Origin: a virus
Lineage: Duplodnaviria > Caudoviricetes
IMG/VR virus record: IMGVR_UViG_3300042988_000221
Coordinates: 1-61,598 of that record
Reading direction: 5' to 3' (one strand)
DNA length: 61,598 nucleotides
The translations under genes and the position numbers were made by a program. Below the pieces are notes generated by a model. It was given only the letters and a program-made list of their open reading frames with translations. It did no database searches and was not told the origin of the DNA. Shown piece by piece: positions 48,305 to 59,028 of this stretch. The first letter of the stretch is position 1. Each line of letters opens with the position of its first letter.

Positions 48305-51300
48305 ATGGCACTAAATTTTTCTCAATCTCCATATAACGACGACTTTGACGCAAGTAAAAATTTTTACAGAATTTTATATCGTCCTGATCGTGCTGTACAA
48401 GCCAGAGAATTAACACAATCACAAACAATATTACAAGATCAAATTACAAAATTCGGCGACCATATTTTCAAACAACATAGTCTAGTTTCTGGTGGACAGG
48501 TAACACACAATTTTGCTGTATATTATTTAAAATTAAATACAATAAATAGCAATAATTTAGATGTGGTTGCAGCAGACTTTTTCAACAAAACTGTTACAAA
48601 TTCAACTGGAAATGTAATTGCCAAGGTTGTCAAGACAAAAGAAAAATCTGTAAACTCTGATGGTGTTGTTATTGAAACTCCTCTATTAATTTTAGCGTAT
48701 TTATCTGGGGATCATTTTAATTATGGTGATACAGTATATGTTAAAAATTCTAATGTTTCCGCTACTGTTATTGCACAATATTCAACATATTCACCAGCAA
48801 CAGGATTAAGTTCAGTAATTTCTATTACAGAAGGTGTGTTTTATGTTAATGGTGTATTTGTTGGTGTTCAAGAACAAACTATTATTCTAAGTGAATATTC
48901 AAATACTCCAACTGCTCGTGTTGGATTAGACATTACCGAAAGTATTGTTGAATCTGATAATGATCCATCATTATTAGACCCGGCTTTGGGTGCATCAAAT
49001 TTCCAGGCACCAGGAGCAGACCGATATAAAGTTGCATTAACATTAGTAACCAAACCAACAACAATCGGAACCGATGATGAAAATTTCATAGAATTAATTC
49101 GGTTTGAAAATGGTATTATTACTCGATCTGTAAGAAATACAGAATATTCAATTATTGATGATTATTTTGCAAGAAGGACATTTGAAACTAATGGGGATTT
49201 TATTGTTGATAAATTTAAACTATCAACGACAGCCAACACATCTTCTAATAGTTCATTTGTATTAAAAGTTGGTCCTGGCAAAGCATATGTTCGTGGATAT
49301 ATTGTTGAGAATCAAAGTGATCTATCATTAAATATGGATAAAGCCAGAGATTATTCAACAGAATTGGAAAAAACCACATATTTGAACTATGGTAGTTATT
49401 TATATATTGACACAATTACTGGTGTAATGGATTTTAAAAATTATATGCCAGTCGATTTCCATGTTGTTCAAGCAGCTAATACAGCGAACACATTAGCATA
49501 TACCGCGACTAAAGCTGGATCTGCAAAAATAAGAGCATTAGAATTCACCAACTATACAAATTCTTCTAATACAAAATCTTATGTTTATAAAGCATCTTTG
49601 TTGGATATTCAGACAAATTCATTCCAAGTAACCGCTAATGGAACAGTTGCATCTAATAGTAGTGTTATTTTCCCAAGTTATTTTCCAACAACAAATAATT
49701 CATTAACTGGCGTTACTTTACAAATTGTATCTGGTAATAATTCTGGTGATTTAGTCACAATTTCATCTTATGATGGTGCTTCTAAAAAGGCAGTTGCATC
49801 TAGACAATTTATCAGAGATGTAGAAGGAAATGCTATTGTTAATTTGATTTATAACGTAAGGGATTTTGAATCACTTTATTCACAAGCTAATACTGCATAT
49901 AATGCCAAAATTAATTCATCATCAAAAGTTAATGGTGTTGATGCAGGAGATGTTTCAATTTCAAATACTGGTGATGAAGAATTGGTTTATCAATTAGGAT
50001 ATCCATATGTAAAACCAAACTCGCTGTTAAATACTGAATATTATTCGTGGATCAGTAAAGATAATATTTCTATGTCTGGTGGTGTAATTTCGTTGTCTTC
50101 TGTTATGCAATTTATTGGAAATGATGGAGATTTATCTTTATCAGCTATTAATGATAATTTTATTGTTTATGTTACTAATGCTGGATCATCTTCACTAAAA
50201 GTTGGCGAAATAATTTCATTCTCAAGCTTTCCAACAAGAAAAATTACACTTTCTAATTCTGGAACATTAGTAACATTTACTTGTTCCGATTTAACCGGTG
50301 TTATTTGTAAGGTTTTTGCTAAAGTATATATTATTGATGCAAATGATACTGTTGTTATGAAAGGCAAAAATGTTATATCTCCTAATACATCAGAAGTGTT
50401 TATATCTGGACCAGAAGTATCATCAAATACCTATGTTGATTTATCAGCAGGACAAATATACATTAAAAAGCCATTTTTTAATAGCAATAATCAGAGTTTA
50501 TATATTTCTGATGTTCGATATGTCATGAAAGTTGTGGATACATTGGATGCAAATAATGCACCAACTAAAGCAATGCTAACTTCATCTACATATGATATAA
50601 CGAGATATTTTGTTCTAAACAATGGTCAAAAAGATAATTATTATGATCACGCATCTATTAAATTATTAAAGAATTCTCCACCACCACAAGGGAACATTTT
50701 AATTCTTGTTAATTATTATGATCATACTGCTGGTGATGGATATTTTTGTGGGGATTCATATCTTTCAAAATCCGCAACTCCATCAGATTATGAATATATT
50801 CCATATTACACATCAACATCTGGTAAAACATATAATTTGAGAGATTCTATTGATTTTAGACCATGTAGATTAAATGCTAATTCACAATTTCAATTAAAAT
50901 CAATTAACACCCCATCAGTTGGAATTCCAGTTGATGGGTCCAATTTTAAATTTGATTATTCGTATTATCTTGGTAGAAAAGATTTGTTAGTCATTTCTAA
51001 AGATAAAGAAATCTCTATTGTTCGCGGAACATCAGATTTAAATCCAAGTTTTCCAAACGAACCTGACGGAGCATTAGTTGTTGCTAAATTATCATTAGAT
51101 CCTTATACAGCATTTATTCCTGGTGATAATACATCTGGGGATGTGTCAAGTATTCTAATTCAATATATGACCCATAAACGATGGAGAATGCAAGATATTA
51201 CAACTTTGGAAGATCGTGTTTCAAGGATTGAATACTATACATCATTAAACAATCTTGAACAGTCCGCAAAAAATCTTCAAATTGCTGATGAATATGGATT

Positions 51301-54300
51301 GAATAGATTTAAAAATGGTATTTTAACAGACGACTTTACTACATATAAAATTGCCGATACTTCTAATTTTGATTTTTTTGCATCAATTGATCCAATTAAA
51401 AAACGATTATTTCCAGTTCATGAAGTTAAAAATTATCCATTATTTTTGAAAGATGCTTTAGGAAATTTTGGACAAATAAATCCAACGATAGAAGATGCAT
51501 TATCTTATAATATTGATATGGAAGGAGTTAATACTTACACAAGTTTAAAATATACAACTGTAGACGCAGCAACACAATTTTATGCTTCTGGAGTTGTAAA
51601 TTTAAATCCGTTCAATTTCATCACAAAAGAAGGAACGTGTTGGTTAAATCCTCCTATGGATAACTGGGTTTCTACTGAAAGATTACCAGATTTATTAATT
51701 GTAAATCCTGATACTCAACTATATTTACAAACAGCCGAATTTAATGAGTTAAGTACCGGCAATTGGCAAACAATATCTTCTTCTAATGATACCAAAACTG
51801 ATACTATTGGTGCTCCTGGGGCACCAGATAAAATTCAAGATGGTGGAAATGCTCACCAGTTTCCTCGTAAATATTTAACAAGTATTATGTTGGTATTACA
51901 ATTCATTGAATTAAATGACGTAATTAATATGATTGAAACTGCACTGGACACTGGAAAATTTCCACCCGGAGCATCATATCAATCATATCTTTCTTCCACA
52001 AGATCATCATTAGAAAATTTTAAATTACATTTCATTTCGGGAACATTACCACCATCAGCATCTTATAACAACGCATTATTAAAACCCAACACAACTGTTG
52101 ATAGAGCATTAATTGCTGGGCAGAAATTTATAGAGAATTTCTTGATCACTTTTGCTCAAACTAAAAACGATTGGATTTACAAATCAGAATCTACTACAAC
52201 TACCACAACAGTATCAGAAACTAAAAGTAAAACTGAAGTTGGCGGATATTGGGAAAATCTTGGCGACAATTTTATTAATAATAATGGTTATGTTACAGAT
52301 GTTTCATTAAATCCTTACATTCGTGGTCAACAAATTGAATTTACTGCAACCGGGTTATTACACAACGCAAATGTTAATTGTTATTTTGATGGAGTTAATG
52401 TTTCAAATCGGGTTAGACAGACCAATAAATTAACATTAATTGCATCAGCAAATTCATATTTCAGAACAGGAGAAGTATTTGGGTATAATGTTGGTGATGA
52501 TTTTAAACCTGTTGCAAAAATTATTAATGCATATTATCAAAATACTGATATAACCATTATAACTGATAGATATGGTAATACATCAACGACTTCACTAATT
52601 AATAAATGGGGAACAGGAGCGAAAATTTATGTGTGTGATTTGCTTTGGGATTCCGACGCGGAAATATATTCCAATGGAAAAACCATAACTAAAAATTATG
52701 ATTTGGCGACTCTTCAATTTGATACTGACGGAAATTTTGTATCTGTCAATAATACTGCAGATATTATTAATGTTGAAAAACGATCTGGAAAAGTGATGAA
52801 TTTAATTAGCCCAACTGTTTTTGAAATATCAAAATCATATGATACACAACTTGATGATATTAGATCAAAATCACAATATGATTGGTGGAATATAATTGGT
52901 CCAACATTTGATTACACATTAAATAGAACTGGGGCATATTTATCTTCTAACAATACTATTCACATTTGTTGTAATACTAGTATAATAACAACTAATACTA
53001 TTATTGGCTCAATATATACTGCAAAACCAGAATATTCTGATAATCCAGAAAATACTGGTAATCTAAAAACAGATGAAACTGGGTCAATTTCTGGAGTGTT
53101 TTTCTTACCACCAGATACTTTCCATACTGGAGAAAAGGTATTTAGAATTGATAATAGAATTGCTGAAAACGAAGGAACGGAAACGACGTTTTCTCAAGCA
53201 ACTTTCTTTGCAACAAGCTTAAACACTAAGGTTCAGCATTTAAATTTTGCACCAGATATTAGTTCTGCTAGAAACGTATTTACCAGAACTGAAACAATTA
53301 GTACATCCACAACTGTAACTTCAATTACCTCTGAAACAGAATCAATTAAAATTAAAAACGATCCCGTTTGCCAATCGTTTATATTCTATTCTGATGAATA
53401 TCCTAATGGATTATTTTTGAAATCAATCCGAGTTTGTTTTAGAAATAAACCAACGGATCATTATGAGCCGGTAACATTATCTATTTTAGGAACACTAAAT
53501 GGTTATCCGAATGGAGAAACTTTACCACATTCAATTGTAACAAAAACTCCAGACCAAGTAAAAATATCCGATTCTCCAAATATTTATGATTCGTCCACAT
53601 ATACAGAATTTGAATTTTCAATTCCAGTATATATTAAGCCTGATACAATGTATGCATATATGCTCAAAACAAATTCTAATGAATATTTTGTATATACTGC
53701 GAAACTAGGCGATTATCCACTAGTATCAAGTGTTCAACCAGAAGCTGGTAATTATGGGATACTTATAACTCCACCAAAAATTAGTGCTACTCCATATATT
53801 GGTGAGTTATTTTTATCACAAAATTCAATAACTTGGGGCGCGGACCAGAATCAAGATATGACGTTTGGTATAAAACGTTGTGAATTTGATACTTCACAAA
53901 CAGCACAAATTCAATATGTTATTCCGATTGGACTTCCACAACGCAGATTTGGTGAGGAAACATTAAAATATAAGGATAATGCTGTTCAAGAAACTGCCAA
54001 CACAAATTTATACACATATATCACTAATTGGGATTTTGAAACTCATGCATTCAATGTATCAACAACAGATTTAACTTTTGAAAAGGCTCCAATTAGATAT
54101 TCTTATAGATCAACGTTATTAGATGGTACCAAAGATACATATGAATCTTATATTATTCCTGGTAAATATGGTACAGCAAATATCGATGATATAATTTTAG
54201 ACGATGGTAAAGGCGAAAGATTGTTAATTTCCGATTCATCTTCTTTACTGGCTAATTCATCATTTTCATTGTATGCAAGATTAAGTTCTTCCGATTCTAA

Positions 54301-55048
54301 AATAAGTCCAATTTTATCTGATGTTGGATTAACAACATATGCGGTGAAATACAAAATCAACAATATGGAATTGAGCAACACAAATTTTGTGATAATAAAT
54401 GGAGGAACAGGATATTCTGCTAATCCAATAATTACAATAAATTCGTCTGGTGAGGGTGCTGGTTCTGGTGCCGTTGTTTATGCGAATGTTGTTGGTGGAA
54501 TAATTAAAACTGTTGATGTTATTACAGGTGGATCTGGATATGCAAATACTGCAAATGTTACAATTGTAGATACATCAGTTCCAACATCCAATGCACAAAT
54601 ACTAATTATTGGTGAAACATCAAATCTTGGTGGAACCGGTCTTTGTAAATATGTTACTAAACCTGTAACTTTAGCAGCAGGATTTGATGCTGGAGATTTA
54701 CGAGTTTATTATACTGCTTATCGTCCATTAGGAACAAATATTCACGTTTATTATAAAGTGCTAAATAGAAATGATACACAAACATTTTTTGATTGTAATT
54801 GGCAATTAATGACAACCATTTCTGGTTCAACACAATATGCCAAAAAACGTGGTGATTTATATGAATATGTTGCTGCTCCTGGTGTGAACGGAACCGCTTC
54901 AAATAAAATCGTTTACACAAGTTCTGGTGGTTCAACATATAGTAATTTTTATCAATTTGCAATAAAAATTGTTTTAACAACTGATGATAAAACTATTGTT
55001 CCATATTTAATTGATATGAGAACCATTGCATTACCGGAGCCAATTTAA
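48305..55048 (+). CDS. Large virion structural protein (DUF4815/VrlC-like)
   Basis: PYNDDFD..KNFYRIL.RP..AVQARELTQ.QTILQ, APGADR, ARRT.E..GDF, EYYTSL..LE, DPVCQSF. Confidence 0.85.
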   Translation: MALNFSQSPYNDDFDASKNFYRILYRPDRAVQARELTQSQTILQDQITKFGDHIFKQHSLVSGGQVTHNFAVYYLKLNTINSNNLDVVAADFFNKTVTNSTGNVIAKVVKTKEKSVNSDGVVIETPLLILAYLSGDHFNYGDTVYVKNSNVSATVIAQYSTYSPATGLSSVISITEGVFYVNGVFVGVQEQTIILSEYSNTPTARVGLDITESIVESDNDPSLLDPALGASNFQAPGADRYKVALTLVTKPTTIGTDDENFIELIRFENGIITRSVRNTEYSIIDDYFARRTFETNGDFIVDKFKLSTTANTSSNSSFVLKVGPGKAYVRGYIVENQSDLSLNMDKARDYSTELEKTTYLNYGSYLYIDTITGVMDFKNYMPVDFHVVQAANTANTLAYTATKAGSAKIRALEFTNYTNSSNTKSYVYKASLLDIQTNSFQVTANGTVASNSSVIFPSYFPTTNNSLTGVTLQIVSGNNSGDLVTISSYDGASKKAVASRQFIRDVEGNAIVNLIYNVRDFESLYSQANTAYNAKINSSSKVNGVDAGDVSISNTGDEELVYQLGYPYVKPNSLLNTEYYSWISKDNISMSGGVISLSSVMQFIGNDGDLSLSAINDNFIVYVTNAGSSSLKVGEIISFSSFPTRKITLSNSGTLVTFTCSDLTGVICKVFAKVYIIDANDTVVMKGKNVISPNTSEVFISGPEVSSNTYVDLSAGQIYIKKPFFNSNNQSLYISDVRYVMKVVDTLDANNAPTKAMLTSSTYDITRYFVLNNGQKDNYYDHASIKLLKNSPPPQGNILILVNYYDHTAGDGYFCGDSYLSKSATPSDYEYIPYYTSTSGKTYNLRDSIDFRPCRLNANSQFQLKSINTPSVGIPVDGSNFKFDYSYYLGRKDLLVISKDKEISIVRGTSDLNPSFPNEPDGALVVAKLSLDPYTAFIPGDNTSGDVSSILIQYMTHKRWRMQDITTLEDRVSRIEYYTSLNNLEQSAKNLQIADEYGLNRFKNGILTDDFTTYKIADTSNFDFFASIDPIKKRLFPVHEVKNYPLFLKDALGNFGQINPTIEDALSYNIDMEGVNTYTSLKYTTVDAATQFYASGVVNLNPFNFITKEGTCWLNPPMDNWVSTERLPDLLIVNPDTQLYLQTAEFNELSTGNWQTISSSNDTKTDTIGAPGAPDKIQDGGNAHQFPRKYLTSIMLVLQFIELNDVINMIETALDTGKFPPGASYQSYLSSTRSSLENFKLHFISGTLPPSASYNNALLKPNTTVDRALIAGQKFIENFLITFAQTKNDWIYKSESTTTTTTVSETKSKTEVGGYWENLGDNFINNNGYVTDVSLNPYIRGQQIEFTATGLLHNANVNCYFDGVNVSNRVRQTNKLTLIASANSYFRTGEVFGYNVGDDFKPVAKIINAYYQNTDITIITDRYGNTSTTSLINKWGTGAKIYVCDLLWDSDAEIYSNGKTITKNYDLATLQFDTDGNFVSVNNTADIINVEKRSGKVMNLISPTVFEISKSYDTQLDDIRSKSQYDWWNIIGPTFDYTLNRTGAYLSSNNTIHICCNTSIITTNTIIGSIYTAKPEYSDNPENTGNLKTDETGSISGVFFLPPDTFHTGEKVFRIDNRIAENEGTETTFSQATFFATSLNTKVQHLNFAPDISSARNVFTRTETISTSTTVTSITSETESIKIKNDPVCQSFIFYSDEYPNGLFLKSIRVCFRNKPTDHYEPVTLSILGTLNGYPNGETLPHSIVTKTPDQVKISDSPNIYDSSTYTEFEFSIPVYIKPDTMYAYMLKTNSNEYFVYTAKLGDYPLVSSVQPEAGNYGILITPPKISATPYIGELFLSQNSITWGADQNQDMTFGIKRCEFDTSQTAQIQYVIPIGLPQRRFGEETLKYKDNAVQETANTNLYTYITNWDFETHAFNVSTTDLTFEKAPIRYSYRSTLLDGTKDTYESYIIPGKYGTANIDDIILDDGKGERLLISDSSSLLANSSFSLYARLSSSDSKISPILSDVGLTTYAVKYKINNMELSNTNFVIINGGTGYSANPIITINSSGEGAGSGAVVYANVVGGIIKTVDVITGGSGYANTANVTIVDTSVPTSNAQILIIGETSNLGGTGLCKYVTKPVTLAAGFDAGDLRVYYTAYRPLGTNIHVYYKVLNRNDTQTFFDCNWQLMTTISGSTQYAKKRGDLYEYVAAPGVNGTASNKIVYTSSGGSTYSNFYQFAIKIVLTTDDKTIVPYLIDMRTIALPEPI

Positions 55049-55272
55049 TGAATCTAGTAAACATTAAAGATCAAAATTTAGTGCGTGATATTGATAATAT
55101 GGCAGTAATTAATACTGATCAAAATGAATATGAACAATATATGCTGAAAAGAAAATTGTTTGCTAACCAAAAAGCAGATATAAATAATATTAGAAGCGAA
55201 ATGGATGATATAAAATCAGAAATTTCACAAATCAAAAATCTTTTAATGGAATTAGTAAAAAATGGCAATTAG
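55048..55272 (+). CDS. Small coiled-coil protein typical after the DUF4815 gene
   Basis: LVRD....AVINTD...Y, IK.EI..IK.LL. Confidence 0.75.
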   Translation: MNLVNIKDQNLVRDIDNMAVINTDQNEYEQYMLKRKLFANQKADINNIRSEMDDIKSEISQIKNLLMELVKNGN

Positions 55273-56401
55273 TCCAATTTCTTTATCAAATACGTTTGGC
55301 CAATGGATTATAGCAACCAATGCTACAGTTAACCAATTAAATTTGCTTTCTGATGGCAATTATACTAAATCTACTGGTACAATATATATTAATTCTCCGG
55401 GTGTTGGTGTACAAGTTGCTTCAAATGCGAATTTTCAAGGCTACACAAGATTTTATGATGATGTACAATTTGATAAATTAGTCCGAGTTAATAATTTATC
55501 AATTTCTGGGGAAAGCACTGTTTCTGGAACATATGTTAAAAATGATGCAATTATATTAAGGTGTTATACAACGACTGGAAATGCAACAATAATTGTTAAT
55601 AGAGGCGAATTTGCAAATGTTGCTAATGCAAATGCTGAAATTAGATGGAATAACTATCAAAAACATTGGGAAGCCAGAGATGTAAATAATCCTTCAAATT
55701 ATTTTAAACTTATTACAAAAGCAGATTATGCAACTACAACAGCAAATGGTATTGTAACATTAAATGATAATATTCTTGTTTCTAGCACAGTTCAAGCTGC
55801 AACTGCTAATACTGTTAAAATAACATATGATACTGCAACAAGTGCTTTTACTAGAGCTAATATAGCATATGCTCAAGCTAATACTGGTATTATATATGCA
55901 AATTCAGCATTTATGTTGGGCCAAACTGCATTTGCTCAAGCTAATACTGGTATATCATTTACACAAAATGTTTTTCAAAGAGCCAACATGGCATATACTC
56001 AGGCCAATTCTGGTATAACATTCACATCATCTGTATTTAATCAAGCTAATACTGCTTATGGTCGAGGAAACACCGCATATAATTTTGCCAATACTGCTTA
56101 TGATTTAGCTAACAATGCTGGGTTTTTTACAACAACTACATCAGTTAATAAAACTTTAATAAAACGTGAAAAATGTATTGTTACAGCCAACAATTTGGTT
56201 TTAGATTTGCCTCCTTCACCAAGCGATTCTACTCCATATAATGACTGGGTAGTAATTGTTAGTGTCGGAGCATTTACTAATACCAATTTAGCCAGAAATG
56301 GTGCTAATGTGGAATCTATTTCTGATGATTTAAGAATAGATGTTGCAAATACAACAGTTGCACTTTCATATATAAACTCAACAATAGGTTGGAAAACTTA
56401 A
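55262..56401 (+). CDS. Tail fibre-like structural protein
   Basis: NTF.QW...TN start, GIVTL.D...AATA..VK, QANT heptads. Confidence 0.65.
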   Translation: MAISPISLSNTFGQWIIATNATVNQLNLLSDGNYTKSTGTIYINSPGVGVQVASNANFQGYTRFYDDVQFDKLVRVNNLSISGESTVSGTYVKNDAIILRCYTTTGNATIIVNRGEFANVANANAEIRWNNYQKHWEARDVNNPSNYFKLITKADYATTTANGIVTLNDNILVSSTVQAATANTVKITYDTATSAFTRANIAYAQANTGIIYANSAFMLGQTAFAQANTGISFTQNVFQRANMAYTQANSGITFTSSVFNQANTAYGRGNTAYNFANTAYDLANNAGFFTTTTSVNKTLIKREKCIVTANNLVLDLPPSPSDSTPYNDWVVIVSVGAFTNTNLARNGANVESISDDLRIDVANTTVALSYINSTIGWKT

Positions 56402-56679
56402 TGATTATAGCACCGGAAAATAGAATACAACGAAAAATAAAAAATATTCAAAGGGGAGTTATTGCATTTACTGCGAGCGGAACATATTATGCAAATGTTA
56501 CAATTTCAACAGTAGATACAACTAAAGCAGAATTAAGCCATCTTGGAGATTCTGTTGTATCAACAGGAACAAATACTTATGCATATCTAACATTATTCGA
56601 TGAAAACACTATACAATGTCATAGGTTACTTAATAATCCTGCCCAAAGGGTTTCTTGGGAATTAACGGAGTGGGAATAA
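56401..56679 (+). CDS. Small fibre-associated protein, paralogue 1 (start MIIAPE)
   Basis: KIKNIQRG...QRVSWELTEWE; TAATG overlap. Confidence 0.65.
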   Translation: MIIAPENRIQRKIKNIQRGVIAFTASGTYYANVTISTVDTTKAELSHLGDSVVSTGTNTYAYLTLFDENTIQCHRLLNNPAQRVSWELTEWE

Positions 56680-56682
56680 CAA

Positions 56683-56964
56683 ATGCTACTATTATCACAA
56701 ATTAAAAGTCAATTAAAAATAAAAAATATTCAAAGGGGATCAGTTATATTTGTGACAGGGAGTAATTTTGCTAACGTGTCAATTACTACTGTAAACACCT
56801 CTAAAACGGAACTCAGAAATTTGGGAGATTCGGTTGCTTTTGGTGCGTCAAATACCGGGGCATATGTATCACTGCTTGATGCAACTACCGTACAATGTTA
56901 CAGAATAAGCACCAGTGCAGCAGCAGCGCAACGTGTTGCCTGGGAACTAACGGAGTGGGAATAA
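56683..56964 (+). CDS. Small fibre-associated protein, paralogue 2
   Basis: KIKNIQRG...QRVAWELTEWE. Confidence 0.65.
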   Translation: MLLLSQIKSQLKIKNIQRGSVIFVTGSNFANVSITTVNTSKTELRNLGDSVAFGASNTGAYVSLLDATTVQCYRISTSAAAAQRVAWELTEWE

Positions 56965-57357
56965 ATGTATTACGCACAAACAGAAAATAATATAGTCGTT
57001 GCTGTTGTTGAAACATCAGGAATTATAACAAAACCAAATTGTATTCAAATCAACACCTTAAACAACGGTCTTCTTGGTAAAAAATATGAAAATGGCCAAT
57101 TTGTCGATGTTCCACAAGTATTGCCAAAATATTGCACCATTTTAGATTTTAGATCCAAATTTACTACAGAAGAAAAAGTTGCTATTTATACAGCAGCAAA
57201 TTCTAATGTCCTAATTAAAATTTGGTTAGATGATCTTAATGCCGTTCAAAATAATATCGTAAATCTCGAAGATCCGAGAACAATTGTTGGTGTTCAAGGT
57301 TTAGAATTAGCGGGTATTATTGCTTCTGGTAGATCAAACGAAATTCTGGAAATGTAA
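56965..57357 (+). CDS. Tail fibre assembly/chaperone-like protein
   Basis: FRSKFT.EE..AI...A, V.L.DPRT..G...L...G.I...R..EIL. Confidence 0.55.
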   Translation: MYYAQTENNIVVAVVETSGIITKPNCIQINTLNNGLLGKKYENGQFVDVPQVLPKYCTILDFRSKFTTEEKVAIYTAANSNVLIKIWLDDLNAVQNNIVNLEDPRTIVGVQGLELAGIIASGRSNEILEM

Positions 57358-57689
57358 TGGCCATTATTAAAAATCTTACAATTGATAAAAATACCAATTA
57401 TGAAAGAACTTTCATTTTCTATGGAGTAAATAATAGTTATTTTAATTTAACTGGATTTACAGCTAATTCTGAAATTAAAAAAGATTACTCTTCTGCGAAT
57501 GTCGAAGCCACATTTGCTTGTGATATCCAATCTGCAAATAATAAAGTAATATTAACACTAAATCACATACAATTGGCAAATACTAAACCCGGAAAATATA
57601 AATATGATATTATATTAACATCTTCAAATAATGAAAAGGTTAAAGCCGTAGAAGGATCTGTAGATATTATAGGTACAATAACAAAATGA
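57357..57689 (+). CDS. Conserved virion-region protein usually found before the neck genes
   Basis: NL.ID, NLTGFTA...IKK.YSS, GKY.YDI, EG.V. Confidence 0.65.
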   Translation: MAIIKNLTIDKNTNYERTFIFYGVNNSYFNLTGFTANSEIKKDYSSANVEATFACDIQSANNKVILTLNHIQLANTKPGKYKYDIILTSSNNEKVKAVEGSVDIIGTITK

Positions 57690-57796
57690 TCACTAAAGTT
57701 GATATAATTGAACCAGATGAATTGCGTATATTAACAGTATCAATATTAAATACCAAATATGTCATTACTAATGTCGTAATTCTCGAAGAAAACTAA
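57686..57796 (+). CDS. Small hypothetical ORF (36 aa)
   Basis: Manual ORF MITKVDIIEPDELRIL..., ATGA overlap. Confidence 0.35.
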   Translation: MITKVDIIEPDELRILTVSILNTKYVITNVVILEEN

Positions 57797-57810
57797 TCTG
57801 GAATGATTAA

Positions 57811-59028
57811 ATGCCAACTAATCCATACTTAAAACTCATTACAGAAATTTCATTTGAGAACAAATATACAAAATGGTATGTAAATATTTTGCACACCGCT
57901 TTAGAACGAGCATCTACTAAAACTGAAGCCAAGCATCTTCTTGATTATGTGGAAGGACACCATATCGTACCAAAATCATTTAAAATGGGTGGAGAAAAAG
58001 ATAAACTGAACATAGCTTATCTAACTGCGCGAGAGCATTTTGTTGTACATATGCTATTACCAAAAATGATAAAAGATAAATACCTTGCGTGTAAAATCAC
58101 TTGTGCGCTAACAAAATTAATGAAAGATGAAAATTTTAATTCGAGACGATATGAGACTGCCCGTAAAATTTTTACACGTCGGTATAATGAATTAGAATTG
58201 ACTATATATTATGTTATTGATGAGAATGATAATAAAATTAAAATAACCAATATGCCACAATTTTGTAAAGAAAATGATTTAAGTGTTGGTGATATGATTT
58301 CCTTAGCTCACGGAAAACGAAAACAATATAAAGGATTTAAAAGATTAAATTGGGATGAACCAGTATTCACCAAATATTATAATGCACAATGTTATTATAA
58401 TTGTGAAAAAATAACTATAGAAAATGTTGCAGAATTTTGTAAAGAAAATAATTTGTTTCATAATACGTTTACTAAAATGTTATCAGGAGAATATAGATAT
58501 TGTAAAGAATATTATAATGTTGATTTTTATGAATCAATATGTAACAAAAAATTCGAATTTTATCTAGACAACATTAAAACTGAAACTAATGATATATTTA
58601 AATTCTGCAAAGATAACAATTTAAATGTATTAAAAATGGTAGACTTGTGTGATGGTAAAATTAAACACCATAAAAATTGTAAATCATATACAAAAAGAAT
58701 GTCTTTTGAATTTATAGACCCAAACGGAAATAAAGTAATAACTGCCGATTTGCCAAAGTATTGTAAAGAAAATAATTTAGATGAAAGATCAATGTATAGA
58801 GTTTATTATGGAGAACGCAAATACCATAAAGGCTATAAAAATATTAATAATCCAGATTATATGCCACAAGGAACAAAAGAATATATATTTTATATTAATA
58901 ATGAAAAAATTATAATAGTAAATATGAATAAATTTTGTATAGAAAATAATTTGGACATAAGAGGGTTATCAGCGGTAAATACTGGTAAGAAAAAATCATA
59001 TATGGGGTATACAAAATATGCCAACTAA
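57811..59028 (+). CDS. HNH homing endonuclease with repeated NUMOD1/HTH-like FCKENNL modules
   Basis: EGHHIVPKSF...N...LTAREHFVVH; about 5 N...FCKENNL...G....KG repeats. Confidence 0.82.
   Translation: MPTNPYLKLITEISFENKYTKWYVNILHTALERASTKTEAKHLLDYVEGHHIVPKSFKMGGEKDKLNIAYLTAREHFVVHMLLPKMIKDKYLACKITCALTKLMKDENFNSRRYETARKIFTRRYNELELTIYYVIDENDNKIKITNMPQFCKENDLSVGDMISLAHGKRKQYKGFKRLNWDEPVFTKYYNAQCYYNCEKITIENVAEFCKENNLFHNTFTKMLSGEYRYCKEYYNVDFYESICNKKFEFYLDNIKTETNDIFKFCKDNNLNVLKMVDLCDGKIKHHKNCKSYTKRMSFEFIDPNGNKVITADLPKYCKENNLDERSMYRVYYGERKYHKGYKNINNPDYMPQGTKEYIFYINNEKIIIVNMNKFCIENNLDIRGLSAVNTGKKKSYMGYTKYAN

Noticed and set aside
56401-56964. Possible DGR template/variable repeat pair
   Set aside because: Both are intact ORFs, differences are not limited to adenines and include indels, and there is no reverse transcriptase in the window
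16785-59028. Endonucleases as intron- or intein-encoded elements
   Set aside because: Flanking genes look complete; no split core gene or intein motifs seen
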